In this document: positions 59,625 to 64,000 of the stretch, in pieces | Layout of the letters: every line of letters starts with the position of its first letter | Numbering within the stretch: the stretch's first letter is position 1 | Source: Phoronis australis | Lineage: Eukaryota > Animalia > Phoronida | Length of the DNA stretch: 64,000 nucleotides | Direction of reading: 5' to 3' | NCBI GenBank assembly: GCA_002633005.1 | Contig: NMRA01000281.1 | Span: 389,123-453,122, forward strand | Notes under the pieces: model-generated | What the model was told of the DNA's origin: nothing | What the model saw: the letters and a program-made list of their open reading frames with translations, nothing else | Databases searched by the model: none | Position numbers and translations under genes: made by a program

Positions 59625-62600
59625 TATATAATACATCGCCCTGTGACTGTGATGCCAAAGGCATACAGGGGCGATAATTCACCTTCTTAAAAAGTTACTC
59701 ATTTCAAATTACAGCGAATAAAATGGAATGAAACATGAAGTTGTAATTACCACATACCTTAACTCTGGAGACATCTGAACATACCTATGAAAACCTGTTG
59801 TAGTTCGCTCGAGCTTCCCTCACTAGGTGCCATGTTGAGGAAGTTATATGAAATTACACCTGTTAACCAACAAAAAGTCCTAGGGACACAAATTTTAAAA
59901 ATTCCACCTTATCTCTTCTCATGCTTCTTTTTGCAAGTGTCACACGTCAGGTCACACGCTTCGCTCAGTCTTGCTCTTGTCTTTGCCTGCTCAGGGGATC
60001 TCAGTTGAAATACTTTGTGGTTATCCCGCATGATGAAAAAGTTAACGGTGGCCAAAAAAGTGCAGTTGGAATTCTTCGCCAAAGTCTTCTCAATTCCCAT
60101 AGAACCAGAAAGAATGCTTGAAGAAAGTAAGCGGTTATTTAAGTGACCAGTAATTTTAAGTGTAAAATGTATTTTTGACGAGGCAAAAGCCTCTTATTCG
60201 GTGAGTGGATTCGCCTACCGACCGTTAAAAATACACGGAATGAAATTAGTACAGAAAATGATGGAGAGTACGTAAGTCCTATACAGCCAGCCGAGAGGCT
60301 ACGTGTTGCCTACCGGCTGCTTTTCTTATTTGCTAGCCAGCTTCTGGCTACTGCTGCAATGTGCGTGTGCTGTAATTCGTAACGGTGTAACGTCGCAAGT
60401 CGTTACAGTGTTATGCTGTAAGTGTAATGACGAGCATTGTTATGAATTATCAAAGTGACAATTCATCTGACAAGCCGGCCAAATAACTCATCTTCAGTGA
60501 GGTCTTTGCATGATCAATGAATAAATGTCACGTAGCAAAGATCTGATTATTTAGCTGACAAGATGCAAATATGACTTTTACCAATAAGTGCGTTGAAACT
60601 TTGTCGGGTGAGTATCAAAACCCTGACTGGTTTGCCAACAAGGTTTGTCCCTATGACATTGACTAATGAGGCCATATTTGTCGGGTAAATAGTAAAAATC
60701 TGATTATTTGTCCGACAAGCTTGTGACTTCAACATTACCCGATACTGAATGTTTGTCAGGTGAATTAGCAAATACCTGACTATTTGACTGATAAAGATAT
60801 GTGGCGCTGTGTTAGGCAATGAAACCTTTGAAAAGTTTTTCGGGTCATTAGCAAACATTTTGCCGACAACCCGTGATGTCACAAAAATCCACCAATGAGA
60901 TCGTTGAATAATTTGTGTGGTAAATAGCAAATATTTGGTTACTTTACCAACCTGTTGATAAAATATCAAAAACCAGCTTATTTGGCAGACTTGTTGGGTA
61001 AATAGTGTCCACCATATATGTTGATAGAGGTGCCTCAGTGCTGTACTAGTAATTGCTATCAACACCTTTTCATCTTAAAATCTGTACTTCTGTCGATATA
61101 AATTCTGTAGTATTTCAGAAAATACCATGGATTAAAGTAAATTTAAATTAAATATTGTGCACTTTAATTTCAAAGGTCATGGGTGACCATGGCGGCCTGC
61201 TTGCTCAGCGGTTGATTGTTGTAAGAGGAACAAATGCTCAAAATTTGGTACATTTAACTGGCACATGCGTAGTTTCGATCAATGTAATTTGTCAAACTTT
61301 TACCATTTCCAAGGACTGGCAGGGTTAAAAAATTCCTGTCTGACTTAAAAGAATTCTGGTAAAATACCAGTAAACGGAAACACTGAGTTCAGTTGTTTGT
61401 AAGTAAATAAACCTATCTAAAATCAATTGCCACCTTACTGAGGGGCAGAGGACAGTATCGATGCTTGAATTCAAGACACAAATTTGTTGGTATCAGTAGT
61501 AGCCTAGTTGCTTTTCTTTTCGTTTATTCTTTGGTGACCGAAGTGAAATTAAAGCCCCTTCTTAACTGTGTCTGCTATTCATTGAATGGTAGAACAAGTG
61601 AGTGTCCATATCTATTTGTGGAACTAGGCCCCCTGGATTTGTTTTCGTAAACTATTGTTCCTTTTAGCGGAATTCCATCACATGATGGTTGAGCGGAAGC
61701 CGTATTCATTGCCAGAGTATTACAAGTCACTTTGCTGTTAACACAAGCCATCATGATGGAGTCGATGGGACAACGTTACTTTGTCTGATTACTTGTGTCT
61801 TGTATTGTATAGAGAATGCAGGGGAGCGGGATTTATCTTTGTGTTGTTATGTTTTGCTTTTCTCATATTATCAGTGCTTTTTTCACCAAATGCAATTTTA
61901 TTGGAGTTTGGTTGTGATACCAAAAGTTGATATGACAGTGTTAAGGCTATGTTTGGGCTTATCAACAAGTGTGCAATAAGGCAAATGTCAACAAAACTAT
62001 AGAATTTTTTCGTGATAGTCTTATATAACCTGCTGTATTTTGAGAACCAGTCTGATGCCCGTTATTCAGTGGAGAAAACTGGTTCTCAAAGTTCGGGCAC
62101 TTTATATCGGACCGTTACCGAATTTTTTATAGTGCTTTATGGAAATGTGGAACATTTTGAAGAACAGTGCATAAAGCAAAGTGTTTTAAAGTTTTATATG
62201 AATGTGTTCTGCCTTTTCTGAGATGTGATGTTGCGAAGTTGATCAAACTTATGTTTTTCTAAGGTTTCACACTTAATCATTACATTGCTCCAAATCTCTT
62301 CGTCATCCTGCTGACATTATGTCTGAATTCCAGCACTTGCCAAAGGGTTTGTTTTGAATTCCAGCCCTGAGTTCAACCTGTTTTGACAAGGATTAGGTCA
62401 AATGTTTGGGTAATGAACTACTACTAACTTCATTTGCACTTCAGTGATTGACTCTGGCCGCCTGGGAAAATTCATGGAGATCTCAAACTTCATTAATTTC
62501 TCTCAGATTAAAAAACTAAAATTCATGCATGACAGTGTTGTATGTTTGTAATTATAATGTACATTCTCTCAAACCTGATCATCAAATTTGTCCATCCTCC

Positions 62601-62728
62601 AAAGAGCAACATTAGAGTAGATCACTCTTTGTGTTTATGACCTTTCCATGACCTGAGTGTTTATGTAACTGCAGTTGTCTTTGTTTCATCAATCTCAAAT
62701 AAAGCCTAAATAAAGCCTTTCCCACTAA

Positions 62729-63157
62729 AGTGCCGTTTTACGCTACAAAAGTTGACACGGATCAGCTGACACGGGAACGAGTTGTTCCAGCGCAAGTATG
62801 TGTGTAAACGGGACTGAACTGGAGCTAATTGACATCGCGGTGACAACTTTCGCCACCCGTTTGTGAGGTAAAGCAATTTGTGCTAGAACATCTTGCTCCG
62901 TGTCAATTATGTGTCTAAACGCGAAACTGGGGCAAGGCGGAAAGGATCATATCTACTACGCTTGTGTAATGACCTAAATACAGGTTCTCTGTCTATTCAA
63001 CTCCCGTCATTTGTAAACCTGCACATGTTTGAGCCACTCTCCAGCCTACAATTTCCGTCTTGCCACAGTTAGTGAGTTGTTTGTGTAAACTGACGCTTGA
63101 CACCGATTTGCTACGTGTCAGTTGCGTTGGGCCAAAAGTTGATGTCTAAACGGGACT
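62729..63157. mobile_element. Degenerate Harbinger-type MITE
   Basis: Ends agtgccgttttacg / tctaaacgggact with TAA on both sides; subterminal ctgacacg / cgtgtcag and repeated tgt(g/c)taaac motifs. Confidence 0.55.
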
Positions 63158-64000
63158 TAAGGTTGAGTGCTTTGGAGTATTACCAGTCATTGGGATTTCT
63201 TCAGTTTTGGTCTTGGTTTCTTGGACCGAAGTGAACAGCTCAAGTTTACTTCACAGTAAACAGGTGGATTTAGCATTGAAGTGAAGCATGGATGCATTAC
63301 TACAGTTGCAATGGTCAACTTTGATGTCCGTTGAATTTATCAGCAGCGATCTGAAGTGTTTTTTTTGAGTCGCTGTTTTTGGTGTTGTTGTCTGTAGATA
63401 TAGAGTTATCCTTCCATGGTAATTTATTGAAAGTAAAAGATCCAAATCCATTTTTGTGTTAGTAAATCTCAGTTGGGATCTGCATACATTTTTGCACAGT
63501 ATATCTGCGAATTTATTTGTGCACCAATGACGCGATGCCTGTCAGGAGTAATGACTGGGTGCTACTGGGAGCATGGGCATTGGGGTAAGGTTTCCTCAAA
63601 ATGAACAAAAAATACAGTACCAAAATTGACATTTTCTTTTTTCAAAAACCCACTGCATTGTTTAAAATGTGCAAAATTTCATTGTGTGTTTGACAATGAT
63701 AGTTGTACAATGTAAACTTTGCATTTTAAAATTTTGATGAAACAAATTTCGCTGTTTCGCCTTATTTGTTCTTACTTAGAGACACTTCACCCTAATTGAG
63801 TTGTTAGCTGCAGTATCACTTTCTGTGAACTCAGGCTCCAGTTTCTTCTTATCTTTAAAATGCATGTTGTCTTCAGATAGAATTTCTCGTTTTTTTCGTT
63901 ATCAGCTCCACTAAAACGTATAGATTGTAAGATTCTGTAGTTCCGTTTTATTTTTTTTTCATTTTCCAACCACTTTCGAAGGGAATTTTTGTTTTTCATT

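Noticed and set aside
60250-60280. First exon of a further plus-strand gene (atgatggagagtac|gtaagt)
   Set aside because: A good donor, but no downstream coding exon was identifiable in the window.
60547-61065. 172-aa minus-strand ORF
   Set aside because: Non-ATG start, overlaps a short-motif array, no protein-family features.
1-64000. Prokaryotic or viral system, autonomous transposase/RT gene, and the remaining 60-130 aa ORFs
   Set aside because: No long uninterrupted ORFs or operon structure. The short ORFs are exon read-throughs, antisense shadows of exons, or chance frames in introns and repeats.

Overview
AT-rich, intron-containing genomic DNA from an animal, most likely an invertebrate bilaterian; the species cannot be determined from sequence. 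Five spliced protein-coding genes can be rebuilt exon by exon with GT-AG boundaries and matching phases: MCUR1/CCDC90-like (minus strand, 3' part outside the window), UBE2C (plus), RANBP9/10 (minus), TSNAXIP1 (plus) and a TSSK4-like kinase (plus). The first four form two head-to-head pairs. Introns and intergenic DNA hold MITEs, foldback elements, tRNA-derived repeats, a 20-bp minisatellite, a Penelope-like remnant with a hammerhead-like motif and a Helentron/DINE-1-type element. The best leads are: (i) that element carries nine co-oriented CTCF-like motifs (several strong, some degenerate) spaced 145-162 bp apart in a 453-bp higher-order repeat; (ii) the single RANBP9/10 gene is linked to both MCUR1 and TSNAXIP1, the neighbours of human RANBP9 and RANBP10 respectively; (iii) three ~100-135 bp tandem duplications copy splice sites, one leaving an intact frameshifting acceptor. 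No novel protein-coding system was evident. All homology calls come from recalled family motifs, not database searches.
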